Under the pieces are notes generated by a model. The model made no database searches, had not been told where the DNA came from, and saw nothing but the letters and a program-made list of their open reading frames with translations. Made by a program: the position numbers and the translations under genes. Source: Mycobacteriales bacterium (GTDB lineage: Bacteria; Actinomycetota; Actinomycetes; JAFAQI01). From it: a DNA stretch of 64,000 nt. This document shows, in pieces, positions 35,575 to 44,623 of this stretch. The stretch lies in assembly GCA_035547515.1 (NCBI GenBank), contig DASZUS010000056.1:40451-104450 (forward strand), given 5' to 3'. The first letter of the stretch is position 1; each line of letters opens with the position of its first letter.

Positions 35575-35876
35575 TCCGCACCGTCGTGTCCGACGCGCTG
35601 CTTTCGGCATCACTGCTCATCGTGGTGCTGTCGGCGGTCGGCGCGTTGACCATGCGTACGACGTTCGGGCGGCTGCACTATGTCGCGCCGGTGACCACCG
35701 TTGCGGGCCCGTTGTTCGGAGCCGCTGCCGCCGTCCGGACCGGGTGGGGGATCACCGCCGGCCTCGAGATCCTGATCGTCGTCATCATGGCCCTCTCAGG
35801 ACCAGTGCTGGAGATCGCGACCGGGCGAGCCGAAGCACAGCAGCAGGGCGTTCTCACGCCGGAGAGCCCGTCATGA
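35571..35876 (+). CDS. mnhG: monovalent cation/H+ antiporter subunit G (MrpG/MbhC-like)
   Basis: ATG at 35571 gives MIRTVVSDALLSASLLIVVLSAVGALTMRTTFGRLHYVAP... (the conserved RLH segment). It is about 101 aa. Confidence 0.7.
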   Translation: MIRTVVSDALLSASLLIVVLSAVGALTMRTTFGRLHYVAPVTTVAGPLFGAAAAVRTGWGITAGLEILIVVIMALSGPVLEIATGRAEAQQQGVLTPESPS

Positions 35877-36127
35877 CCGCGGGGCCCGCGACGACCGCCG
35901 TCGTGGCGATTGCGCTCACGCTGGTCTTGCTGGGAGCGATCGCGGTCGTGCGGAGCGAGGATCCCCAGCGTCAGGCGGTCACGCTGTCGGTCTTCGGGAT
36001 CTGCCTCACCGTCCTGTTCTTCGTGCTCGACGCTCCCGATGTGGCGCTCAGCCAAGTGGCCGTCGGCACGGTGATCGTGCCGCTGATGGTCCTGCTCGCC
36101 ATCAGCAAGATCCGCGGCGGCCGATGA
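35873..36127 (+). CDS. DUF4040/MbhD-like small membrane subunit (MrpA C-terminal-like)
   Basis: ATG at 35873, 84 aa. ...VFGICLTVLFFVLDAPDVALSQVAVGTVIVPLMVLLAI resembles the DUF4040 pattern. Confidence 0.6.
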   Translation: MTAGPATTAVVAIALTLVLLGAIAVVRSEDPQRQAVTLSVFGICLTVLFFVLDAPDVALSQVAVGTVIVPLMVLLAISKIRGGR

Positions 36128-36861
36128 ACCGGAGCGTCCGGTTGTGGGTCGTGACCATCGCCGGTCTCGCCGTGGCTGTGGCCTTCGGTCTCGCGTTCGT
36201 CGGGCTTCCCTCCTTCGGCGGCAGCAGCCACCCGTACCGAACTGCGGCTGTCCACGCCGCAGTGGCGCATCAGACGGCGAACGTCGTCAGCTCGGTCAAC
36301 TTCGACCAGCGCGGTCTCGACACCCTCGGTGAGGAGACCATCCTCTTTGCCTCAGTGATCGGCGTCTCCGCGCTGCTTCGGCCCTCGCAAGAGGAACAGG
36401 ACGCCGGGCCGTCCGACACGGGCCGCGTCCTCGGGCTCACCCAGATCTTCGGCTACGCCGTCATCCCGCTCGTCTGCATCATCGGCCTCGACGTCATCGC
36501 GCACGGTCAGCTCACCCCCGGCGGGGGGTTCCAGGGCGGGATCATCGTGGCGTCCGGGATCCATCTCCTCTACGTCGCGGGCTCCTATTCGACCCTCGAC
36601 AAGCTGCGGCCGGTCGCCCTCTTCGAGCATGGTGAGGCCGTCGGCGCCGCAGCGTTCGCGTGTCTGGGTGTCGCTGGTGCCGCGACGACCATGGGCTTCC
36701 TCGGCAACGTCTTGCCCCGCGGCACATTCGGGCAGCTGTACTCGGCGGGCAGCGTCCCGCTGCTGAACGGCGCCGTCGGAGTGGAGGTGGCGTCGGGAGC
36801 CATCGTGCTGGTGGCGAAGTTCCTCGACCAGGCGATCCTGCTCGGACCGAAACGCGGATGA
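36124..36861 (+). CDS. mnhB: Na+/H+ antiporter MnhB subunit-related protein (MbhE/F-like)
   Basis: 245 aa. ANVVSSVNFDQRGLDTLGEETILFASV and TPGGGFQGGII are MnhB-domain motifs. Confidence 0.75.
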   Translation: MNRSVRLWVVTIAGLAVAVAFGLAFVGLPSFGGSSHPYRTAAVHAAVAHQTANVVSSVNFDQRGLDTLGEETILFASVIGVSALLRPSQEEQDAGPSDTGRVLGLTQIFGYAVIPLVCIIGLDVIAHGQLTPGGGFQGGIIVASGIHLLYVAGSYSTLDKLRPVALFEHGEAVGAAAFACLGVAGAATTMGFLGNVLPRGTFGQLYSAGSVPLLNGAVGVEVASGAIVLVAKFLDQAILLGPKRG

Positions 36862-37205
36862 GCTACTACGGCTACTTCGTTGCCGGCGCCGTCCTGCTCG
36901 TCGGTGTGTTCGGCATGGCGCGCAGCCGCAACCTGGTGCACGCCGTCGTGTGCCTGTCGGTGAGCCAGGCCGGCACTTACGTGATGCTGCTGAGCATCGG
37001 CTATCAGCGGCACGCGACCGCCCCGGTGTTCGGCTCGACCCAGAAGCCTTCGGCCGACGTGGTCGATCCGGTCATGCAGGCCCTCTGCCTCACCGACATC
37101 GTGGTGTCCGCGACGGTCACGGCGCTGCTTCTCGCGCTCTCGCTGCAGATCGCCAAGCACCACGGGACGACTGACCCCGACGAGCTGACCGCGTTGAGGG
37201 GCTGA
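36858..37205 (+). CDS. mnhC: Na+/H+ antiporter subunit C (NuoK-like, MbhG-like)
   Basis: ATG at 36858, 115 aa. ...RSRNLVHAVVCLSVSQAGTYVMLLSIG is NuoK/MrpC-like. Confidence 0.75.
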   Translation: MSYYGYFVAGAVLLVGVFGMARSRNLVHAVVCLSVSQAGTYVMLLSIGYQRHATAPVFGSTQKPSADVVDPVMQALCLTDIVVSATVTALLLALSLQIAKHHGTTDPDELTALRG

Positions 37206-39037
37206 TGCACTTCGACGACGGGGTGTCCCAGCTCGCCCCGGTCAGCCTCGCCGTACCGATCGTGGCGTGCTGCCTGTTGCTCGCGATCGGCCGCCGCGCA
37301 TCACGCGGCGTCACCAACGGTGTCGCAATCAGCGGGGCGCTGGCGGTCGCCGGGACCGACGTGGCCCTGTACGCCGCAAGCGGCAGCCGCGTCATCAACT
37401 GGGTCGGCCACTGGTTGCCCGGCAGGGGGCATCCGGTCGGGATCGTCTTGGTGGTCGATCGCACGGGCGCAGGCATCGCGCTGCTCGCCGCCGTACTGAT
37501 GGTGCTGGCACTGGTCTACTCCGCGAAGTACTTCGACACGGCTGATGCGCACTACCAGTGCCTGATGCTGCTGTTCCTCGCCGGGATGAACGGCTTCGCC
37601 CTCACCGGCGACCTGTTCGACATGTTCGTCTTCTTCGAGCTGATGGGCGCCGCGGCGTACGCGCTCACGGGTTTCAAGGTTGAGGACCGGACGTCGTTGC
37701 AGGGCGCCCTCAACTTCGGCATCGTCAACTCCCTCGGCGCCTACCTCACGCTGATGGGCATCGGCCTGCTGTACGCCCGCACCAGCCAGCTCGGGCTGGC
37801 GCAGATCGGCACGGCGCTCGACCATCGGTCCCCCGACGCCCTGGTCGTCGTTGCGTTCGTGCTGGTGATGACCGGCTGGCTCGTCAAAGCCGCTGCGGTG
37901 CCGTTCCACTTCTGGCTCGACGACGCCCACGCCGCTGCCCCGGCCCCGGTGTGCATCCTGTTCTCGGGAGTGATGGTCGAGCTCGGGCTCTACGGCGTGC
38001 TCCGGGTCTACTGGACTTGCTTCGCCGGGACGATTCCGGCATCGGATGTACGCCGTACGTTGCTCGTCATTGGTGCCGTAACGGCGCTCGTCGGCGCGGC
38101 CATGTGTCTGGCCCAGCGCCATCTGAAGCGGCTGCTGGCCTTCTCGACGATCGCGCACATGGGGCTGTTCATGTGCGCGGCAGGGACCATGGACGGCACG
38201 GGGGTGACGGGTGCGGCGGTCTACGTGGTCGGCCACGCCGGCGCGAAGTGCGCGCTGTTCCTCCTCGCGGGGATCCTGCTCAACAGGTACGGCAGTGTCG
38301 ATGAGGTCACGCTGCACGGCAAGGCTCGTGATGCGCCGGTGCTCGGCGCGCTGTTCGGACTCGGCACGCTCGCGCTGGCCGGCATGCCGCCGTTCGGCAG
38401 CGGGCTGGGAAAGGCGGTGGGCGAGGACGCGCTGAGCTCCTCGGGGTACTGGTTCGGCCCGGTGCTGTTCGTCGCGGTGTCGGCCATCACGGGTGGCGCG
38501 GCGCTGCGCGCGGGCGGCCGGATGTTCCTCGGACTCGGGCCGAAACCCTTCGAGGACGAGGAGCAGACCACCGGCGACGAAGAGCAACCGGAGACGGCGG
38601 AGCGGATCACGCGCCTGCCGGCAAGCCTGGTCGGCCCGATCGTCGTGCTGCTCGCGGGTTGCGCAGCGCTGGGGCTCGTGCCTTCGGCGGCGCATGCCAT
38701 CGGCAGCGGCGTCGAGCGCTTGCTCGACCATGGCGGCTACGAGGCGCAGGTTCTGCGGCACGTCGCGCCCCAGCCGGCGCCCCCGCCGGAGGACATCGAC
38801 TGGTCGACTACCGGCGTCCTGCTGGGGCTCCTGTCAGCCGCACTCGCCGTGGTCACCGCGATCGCCGGCTGGTACGCCGAGCCGATCCAGCGCCGCGCAG
38901 GTGCCTTCCTGAAGCCGTTCCAGCGCTGCCTGGCCGGGCTGCGGGCGCTGCACTCGGGCCACGTCGGCGACTACGTGGCCTGGCTGATGGTCGGCGTCGT
39001 GGTCCTGACCGCAATCGTCGGGCTGCCGTTGCGCTGA
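37205..39037 (+). CDS. mnhD: proton-conducting membrane transporter, MrpD/NuoN/NuoL-like (MbhH-like)
   Basis: 610 aa, many TM helices. FFELMGAAAYALTGF, WLVKAAAVPFHFWLDDAHAAAPAPV and FSTIAHMG are antiporter-like subunit motifs. Confidence 0.85.
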   Translation: MHFDDGVSQLAPVSLAVPIVACCLLLAIGRRASRGVTNGVAISGALAVAGTDVALYAASGSRVINWVGHWLPGRGHPVGIVLVVDRTGAGIALLAAVLMVLALVYSAKYFDTADAHYQCLMLLFLAGMNGFALTGDLFDMFVFFELMGAAAYALTGFKVEDRTSLQGALNFGIVNSLGAYLTLMGIGLLYARTSQLGLAQIGTALDHRSPDALVVVAFVLVMTGWLVKAAAVPFHFWLDDAHAAAPAPVCILFSGVMVELGLYGVLRVYWTCFAGTIPASDVRRTLLVIGAVTALVGAAMCLAQRHLKRLLAFSTIAHMGLFMCAAGTMDGTGVTGAAVYVVGHAGAKCALFLLAGILLNRYGSVDEVTLHGKARDAPVLGALFGLGTLALAGMPPFGSGLGKAVGEDALSSSGYWFGPVLFVAVSAITGGAALRAGGRMFLGLGPKPFEDEEQTTGDEEQPETAERITRLPASLVGPIVVLLAGCAALGLVPSAAHAIGSGVERLLDHGGYEAQVLRHVAPQPAPPPEDIDWSTTGVLLGLLSAALAVVTAIAGWYAEPIQRRAGAFLKPFQRCLAGLRALHSGHVGDYVAWLMVGVVVLTAIVGLPLR

Positions 39038-39118
39038 CAGGTCGCGTCGAACCTGATGCCACGCAGTTTTCCTTGGGCAGGGAGGGGTAGCGCGAGGCTG
39101 AAAGGACGCGGTGACGGC

Positions 39119-39412
39119 ATGGTCGAGCAGCGGGACGTGGTCGAGCTCATCAGGCAGAACCACACGTACGAGGAGGCCGCGGACCGGCTCGGGATCCCGC
39201 CCGGACGGGCGTACCTGATCGCCACGGGGGTTCCTGCCGACAGCAGCGATGGCCTGTCCAGCGAAGACCTCCAGCGCCCCGGCCTGCTCCCCGCCGCACA
39301 GCAACTTGCGAATCCGCGTACGGAGCAGCCCGACCGGTCCGCCCACGTCCGCGAGTTCCTTGCGCAGCGAGCGAGGAGCGATTCGCAGATGCAAGCGGCG
39401 GCAAAGGGATGA
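39119..39412 (+). CDS. hypothetical small protein with HTH-like N-terminus, coupled to fdhA
   Basis: ATG at 39119 after AAAGGA gives MVEQRDVVELIRQNHTYEEAADRLGIPPGRAYLIATG... Its stop overlaps the fdhA ATG (ATGA). Confidence 0.5.
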   Translation: MVEQRDVVELIRQNHTYEEAADRLGIPPGRAYLIATGVPADSSDGLSSEDLQRPGLLPAAQQLANPRTEQPDRSAHVREFLAQRARSDSQMQAAAKG

Positions 39413-42400
39413 CCGATCTCGGTTGGCCGGTGCTGCGACAGCTCCTCGGCCCCGACCGCACCGCCCGCGGATCTGCGGCCGCGTCGGCGCGGTCCCGCAG
39501 CCTGCGGGCGCGAACCGCGACCGCCGACAAGGTCGTGAAGTCGGTCTGCCCCTACTGCGGCGTGGGCTGCGGCCAGAACGTGTACGTGAAGGACGGCCAG
39601 GTCGTCCAGATCGAGGGAGACCCGGACTCGGCGATCAGCCGCGGCCGCCTCTGCCCCAAGGGATCAGCCAGCCTGCAGCTGACCACAGGCGATGCCCGCC
39701 TTCACCAAGTCCTCTACCGCCGCCCCTACGCGGCGGACTGGGAGCCGCTCGACCTGGACACCGCGATGGACATGATCGCCGACCGGGTGATCGCGACTCG
39801 CCGGGAGACCTTCGAGTGGGAACACGAAGGCAAGCGCACCCGACGGACGATGGGCATCGCCCACCTGGGCGGAGCGACCCTGGACAACGAAGAGAACTAC
39901 CTGATCAAGAAGCTGTGGACGTCGCTGGGAATCGTTCAGATCGAGAACCAGGCGCGCGTCTGCCACTCCTCGACGGTCGCCGGGCTCGGTACGTCGTTCG
40001 GCCGCGGCGGAGCGACGACTTGCATGCAGGACCTGCAGAACTCCGACTGCATCATCATCGAGGGCTCCAACTTCGCCGAGGCACACCCAGTGGGCTTCCA
40101 GTGGGTGATGGAGGCCCGCGCGCGCGGCGCGAAGATGATCCACGTCGACCCGCACTTCAGCCGGACGAGCGCGCTCGCCGATCTGTTCGTGCCGATCCGC
40201 GCCGGCACCGACATCGCCTTCCTCGGCGGCGTCATCAACTACGTCCTCGACAACGACAAGTGGTTCCACGACTACGTGGTCCGCTACACCAACGCATCGA
40301 CGATCATCGACGACGAGTTCGCCGACACCGAGGACCTCGCCGGCATGTTCTCAGGATTCGACCGCGACGAGCGCAAGTACGACTTCCAGACGTGGCAGTA
40401 CCGCTCGGACGACAGCAACGACAGCAATGACAGCGGTGACAGCGACGACGCGGACAGCACCCGGCCCTTGAACCACCGCTCGAGCGGAGCGGTACGAAGC
40501 TCCGGTCGAGGCGAGTCGCACGGTTCCGGCGGAGCCGCGATCTCGACGAAGGAGCCGCCGCGCGACGAGACCCTGCAGCACCCGCAATGCGTCTTCCAGA
40601 TCCTGCGCCGCCACTACGCCCGCTACACGCCGGAGATGGTGGAACGGGTGTGCGGCACCCCGAAGGAGATCTTCGCCGAGGCCTGCCGGCTGATCACGGA
40701 CAACTCCGGACCGGACCGGACGACCGCCTTTGCCTATGCAGTGGGGTGGACGCAGCACACCGTCGGCGCGCAGTACATCCGGGCGGCATCGGTCCTCCAG
40801 CTCCTGCTCGGCAACATCGGGCGTCCCGGCGGCGGCATCCAGGCGCTGCGCGGTCACGCCAGCATCCAGGGTTCGAGCGACATCCCCACGCTGTTCAACC
40901 TGCTCCCGGGATATCTCGCGATGCCACATGCCGAGGAGCACCACAACCTCGACGACTTCGTGGAAGCCGACCGCCACGACAAGGGGTTCTGGGCCAACAT
41001 GCGCGAGTACGCGGTCAGCCTCCTCAAGGCCTGGTGGGGTCCGGCCGCGACGCCGGACAACGACTTCTGCTTCGACTACCTGCCGCGCCTGACCGGCGAC
41101 CACTCGACGTACCAGACCGTCCTGGAGCAGATCGAAGGCCGCTGCAAGGGCTACTTCCTGATGGGAGAGAACCCCGCCGTCGGATCGGCGAACACGCGCA
41201 TGCAGCGACTCGGCATGGCGAATCTCGACTGGCTGGTCGTGCGCGACTTCTCCCTCATCGAGAGCGCCACCTGGTGGAAGGACGGTCGGGAGATCCAGAC
41301 CGGCGAGCTCGTCACCGAGCAGATCGCCACCGAGGTGTTCTTCCTGCCCGCCGCGTCACACACGGAGAAGGACGGCAGCTTCACCAACACCAACCGGCTG
41401 CTGCAGTGGCATCACGCGGCGAAGGAGCCCGACGGCGACGCGCGCAGCGACCTGTGGTTCGTCTACCACCTGGGCCGGCGCATCCGGGAGAAGCTCGCGG
41501 GGTCGAGCGACCCGATGGACCGGCCCGTACTCGACCTGACCTGGGACTACCCGGTAGAAGGCTCGCACGACGAGCCCAGCGCCGACTGCGTGCTGGCAGA
41601 GATCAACGGCTTCGACGCGCAGGGCGAGCCGCTGACGGCGTACACCCAGCTCGAGGCGGATGGCTCGACCGCATGCGGCTGCTGGATCTACTGCGGTGTG
41701 TACGCCGACGGCGTCAACCAGGCGGCCCGCCGGGAGCCATGGCGCAACCAGAACTGGCTCGGCACGAAGTGGGGTTGGGCTTGGCCGGCCGACCGCCGAA
41801 TCCTCTACAACCGCGCCTCCGCGGACCCCGACGGCAAGCCGTGGAGCGACCGCAAGGCGCTGGTGTGGTGGGACGCGGAGGCCGGGAAGTGGGACGGGCA
41901 CGACGTACCCGACTTCGTGCCGGACAAGTCGCCCGCCTACGTGCCCGACGAGGACGCCGACGGCCCCGACGCTCTTGCCGGCGACGACCCGTTCATCATG
42001 CAGGCCGACGGGAAGGGCTGGTTGTACGTGCCGTCCGGCCTCGTCGACGGCCCGCTGCCCGCCCACTACGAGCCGCAGGAGTCGCCGGTCGACAACCCGC
42101 TCTACGCCCAGCAGGCCAGCCCGTCACGGAAGCTGATCCAGCACGTCGACAACCAGTTCAGCCCGTCCGGCACCCAGCCGGGGGCGGACGTCTACCCGTT
42201 CGTGCTCACGACCTACCGCCTCACCGAGCACTTCACCGCCGGCGGGATGAGCCGATGGCAGCCCTACCTCGCCGAGCTTCAGCCAGAGCTGTTCTGCGAG
42301 GTCTCCCCCGAGCTGGCCGAGTACCGGCAGCTGGAGCACAACGGCTGGGCGACGGTGATCAGCGCCCGGCACGCGATCGAGGCGCGGGTCCACGTCACCG

Positions 42401-42669
42401 ATCGGATGAGCCCGCTGGTCGTTGACGGCCGCGTTGTCCACCAGATCGGGATGCCCTTCCACTGGGGCCCCAACGGCTACGCCAAGGGGGACGCGGTCAA
42501 CGAGCTCGTCGCGATGGCGCTGGACCCCAACGTGCACATCCAGGAGGACAAGGCCTTGCAGGTGGACATCCGACCCGGTCGCCGCCCTCGCGGTCCCGCG
42601 CTCCTCGACCTGGTGGAGGAGCACCGCCGCCGGGCGGGCGTCACCGTCGACACCGGGCACGGCATCTGA
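39409..42669 (+). CDS. fdhA: formate dehydrogenase alpha subunit (molybdopterin oxidoreductase, Cys-type)
   Basis: 1086 aa. It has the N-terminal 4Fe-4S motif CPYCGVGC...C, the active-site context ENQARVCHSSTV (Cys where FdnG has Sec), and C-terminal MGD-binding regions. Confidence 0.9.
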   Translation: MTDLGWPVLRQLLGPDRTARGSAAASARSRSLRARTATADKVVKSVCPYCGVGCGQNVYVKDGQVVQIEGDPDSAISRGRLCPKGSASLQLTTGDARLHQVLYRRPYAADWEPLDLDTAMDMIADRVIATRRETFEWEHEGKRTRRTMGIAHLGGATLDNEENYLIKKLWTSLGIVQIENQARVCHSSTVAGLGTSFGRGGATTCMQDLQNSDCIIIEGSNFAEAHPVGFQWVMEARARGAKMIHVDPHFSRTSALADLFVPIRAGTDIAFLGGVINYVLDNDKWFHDYVVRYTNASTIIDDEFADTEDLAGMFSGFDRDERKYDFQTWQYRSDDSNDSNDSGDSDDADSTRPLNHRSSGAVRSSGRGESHGSGGAAISTKEPPRDETLQHPQCVFQILRRHYARYTPEMVERVCGTPKEIFAEACRLITDNSGPDRTTAFAYAVGWTQHTVGAQYIRAASVLQLLLGNIGRPGGGIQALRGHASIQGSSDIPTLFNLLPGYLAMPHAEEHHNLDDFVEADRHDKGFWANMREYAVSLLKAWWGPAATPDNDFCFDYLPRLTGDHSTYQTVLEQIEGRCKGYFLMGENPAVGSANTRMQRLGMANLDWLVVRDFSLIESATWWKDGREIQTGELVTEQIATEVFFLPAASHTEKDGSFTNTNRLLQWHHAAKEPDGDARSDLWFVYHLGRRIREKLAGSSDPMDRPVLDLTWDYPVEGSHDEPSADCVLAEINGFDAQGEPLTAYTQLEADGSTACGCWIYCGVYADGVNQAARREPWRNQNWLGTKWGWAWPADRRILYNRASADPDGKPWSDRKALVWWDAEAGKWDGHDVPDFVPDKSPAYVPDEDADGPDALAGDDPFIMQADGKGWLYVPSGLVDGPLPAHYEPQESPVDNPLYAQQASPSRKLIQHVDNQFSPSGTQPGADVYPFVLTTYRLTEHFTAGGMSRWQPYLAELQPELFCEVSPELAEYRQLEHNGWATVISARHAIEARVHVTDRMSPLVVDGRVVHQIGMPFHWGPNGYAKGDAVNELVAMALDPNVHIQEDKALQVDIRPGRRPRGPALLDLVEEHRRRAGVTVDTGHGI

Positions 42670-43505
42670 TGCCCGCGGGCCACGGTGTCGAGGCCGCCAC
42701 GCAGGACCCGGCTGGGATCTCCGGCTGGCTCGACCACCCGCCGCGGATGGGGTTCTTCACCGACACCTCGGTCTGCATCGGCTGCAAGGCCTGCGAGGTG
42801 GCGTGCAAGGAGTGGAACCAGGTCCCCGAGGACGGCCTGAACCTCACCGGGATGTCGTTCGACAACACCGCCGGCCTGGGAGCGGACACCTGGCGCCACG
42901 TCGCCTTCATCGAACGCGCTGAGACCGACAGCGACGCCGGCTTCCGGTGGCTGATGTCCTCGGACGTCTGCAAGCACTGCACCGAGGCGGCCTGTCTCGA
43001 CGTGTGTCCCACCGGAGCGATCTTCCGCACCGAGTTCGGCACGGTCGTCGTACAGGAAGACGTCTGCAATGGGTGCGGCTACTGCGTGCCGGCCTGCCCG
43101 TACGGCGTGCTGGACAAGCGAGAGGGCGACGGCCGGATCTTCAAGTGCACGCTCTGCTACGACCGGTTGAGCGACGGCCAGGAGCCGGCATGCGCGAAGG
43201 CCTGCCCCACCGACTCGATCCAGTTCGGCCCGCTCGACGAGCTGCGGGAGCGAGCCCAGGGCAAGCTGGACCAGCTCGTCGAGGCCGGCCACCCCGGCGC
43301 CCAGCTCTACGGCGCCGATCCCGGCGACGGCGTCGGCGGCGCCGGCGCCTTCTTCCTGCTCCTCGACGAGCCCGAGGTCTACGGGCTGCCGCCGGACCCG
43401 GTCGTCACGACCCGCCACCTCGGTGAGATGTGGCGCTCGGCCGGCCTCGCGGCCGCCGCCCTCGGCGCCGGAATCATCGGCGCGTTCGTGGGCAGCCGGC
43501 GATGA
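42669..43505 (+). CDS. fdhB: formate dehydrogenase beta subunit (4Fe-4S dicluster protein with C-terminal TM anchor)
   Basis: 278 aa. It has CIGCKACEVAC, CKHCTEAAC, CNGCGYCVPAC and CTLC ferredoxin motifs, and a C-terminal hydrophobic helix GLAAAALGAGIIGAFVG. Confidence 0.88.
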   Translation: MPAGHGVEAATQDPAGISGWLDHPPRMGFFTDTSVCIGCKACEVACKEWNQVPEDGLNLTGMSFDNTAGLGADTWRHVAFIERAETDSDAGFRWLMSSDVCKHCTEAACLDVCPTGAIFRTEFGTVVVQEDVCNGCGYCVPACPYGVLDKREGDGRIFKCTLCYDRLSDGQEPACAKACPTDSIQFGPLDELRERAQGKLDQLVEAGHPGAQLYGADPGDGVGGAGAFFLLLDEPEVYGLPPDPVVTTRHLGEMWRSAGLAAAALGAGIIGAFVGSRR

Positions 43506-44515
43506 ACCAGACCAGGATCACCACCGAGGGGCTGACGAACGCGCGGCCCGGCCGCGAGGCGCCTCCGGGCTCTGGGAGGCCGACCGGTTCGGCGGATCGA
43601 GAGCGACGGCGCGGTTCCCGTCGCCGCAGGCCAGCTGAGGCCTTTCGCTCCTATTACGGCCTACCCGTCCTCAACCCGCCGGTGTGGGAGGCCCGGGAGA
43701 TCGCCGGGTACTTCTTCCTCGGCGGGCTCGCTGGCGCCAGCTCCGTCGTTGCAGCCATCGCCCAGCGCACCGGCCAACGCAGCGTCGTCGCCCCGGCGAA
43801 GGTCGCTGCGGCAGGCGCGGTGACGCTCTCACTCGCGGCACTCGTCAAGGACCTCGGGCGTCCGACGCGGGCCCTGAACATGTTGCGAGTGCTGAAGCCG
43901 ACCTCCCCGATGAGCGTCGGGACCTGGGTCCTGTCGTGTTACGCGCCCGCAGCCATCGGGGCCGCCGGCAGCGAGCTCACCGGCCTGCTGCCTGCGGTCG
44001 GCGCGACAGCCACGGGAGTCGCCGCGGCGCTCGGCCCCGCCGTCGCGTCGTACACCGCCGTACTGATCTCTGACACGGCTGTGCCCGCCTGGCATGACGC
44101 GCGGCGCGAGATGCCCGCGGTGTTCGTGTCCTCCGCGGCGAGCGCGGCAGCCGGCGTCGGCCTGCTTGCGTGCCGCGACAGCGACGCGATTCCACTCCGC
44201 CGCCTCGCGATCGGGTCAGCGGCAGCGGAGATCGTGGCTGAGCAGGTCATGGAGCGCCGCCTCGACCCGGCAGTCGCGAAGGCCTACCACGAGCCGAAGC
44301 CGGAAAAGCTTCTGCGGGCCAGCCGGACGCTGTCTGCCTTCGGTGCCGCGGTGGCTCTCCTCGCCGGCCACCATCGAGTGGGCCGGCGTGTCGCCGGCAC
44401 CGCACTGATCGCAGCTTCGGCGCTCACCCGGTTCGGCATCTTCCACGCCGGGATGGCGTCAGCGCGCGATCCCGAGGCCACGATCGGCCCGCAGCGCGCG
44501 CGCCTGGCGAGCTGA
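43502..44515 (+). CDS. NrfD/PsrC-like polysulfide-reductase-type integral membrane subunit
   Basis: ATG at 43502 overlaps the fdhB stop. After a basic N-terminal tail there are about 8 TM helices (YYGLPVLNPPVWEAREIAGYFFLGGLAGAS...), typical of the NrfD family. Confidence 0.75.
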   Translation: MNQTRITTEGLTNARPGREAPPGSGRPTGSADRERRRGSRRRRPAEAFRSYYGLPVLNPPVWEAREIAGYFFLGGLAGASSVVAAIAQRTGQRSVVAPAKVAAAGAVTLSLAALVKDLGRPTRALNMLRVLKPTSPMSVGTWVLSCYAPAAIGAAGSELTGLLPAVGATATGVAAALGPAVASYTAVLISDTAVPAWHDARREMPAVFVSSAASAAAGVGLLACRDSDAIPLRRLAIGSAAAEIVAEQVMERRLDPAVAKAYHEPKPEKLLRASRTLSAFGAAVALLAGHHRVGRRVAGTALIAASALTRFGIFHAGMASARDPEATIGPQRARLAS

Positions 44516-44623
44516 CGGCCAAGCCTCATCCCCCACCCGAGGGCGGAGGCAGCATAGGTTTGCATCGGTGAGCCGGGAAGCCTGGTCGGCAAGTGAAGTT
44601 GTCGACGAGGCAGGAAGGTTCAC

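Noticed and set aside
39409-42669. Selenocysteine (TGA recoding plus SECIS) in the formate dehydrogenase.
   Set aside because: The ORF is uninterrupted and the catalytic position is a normal Cys codon (QARVCHSS).
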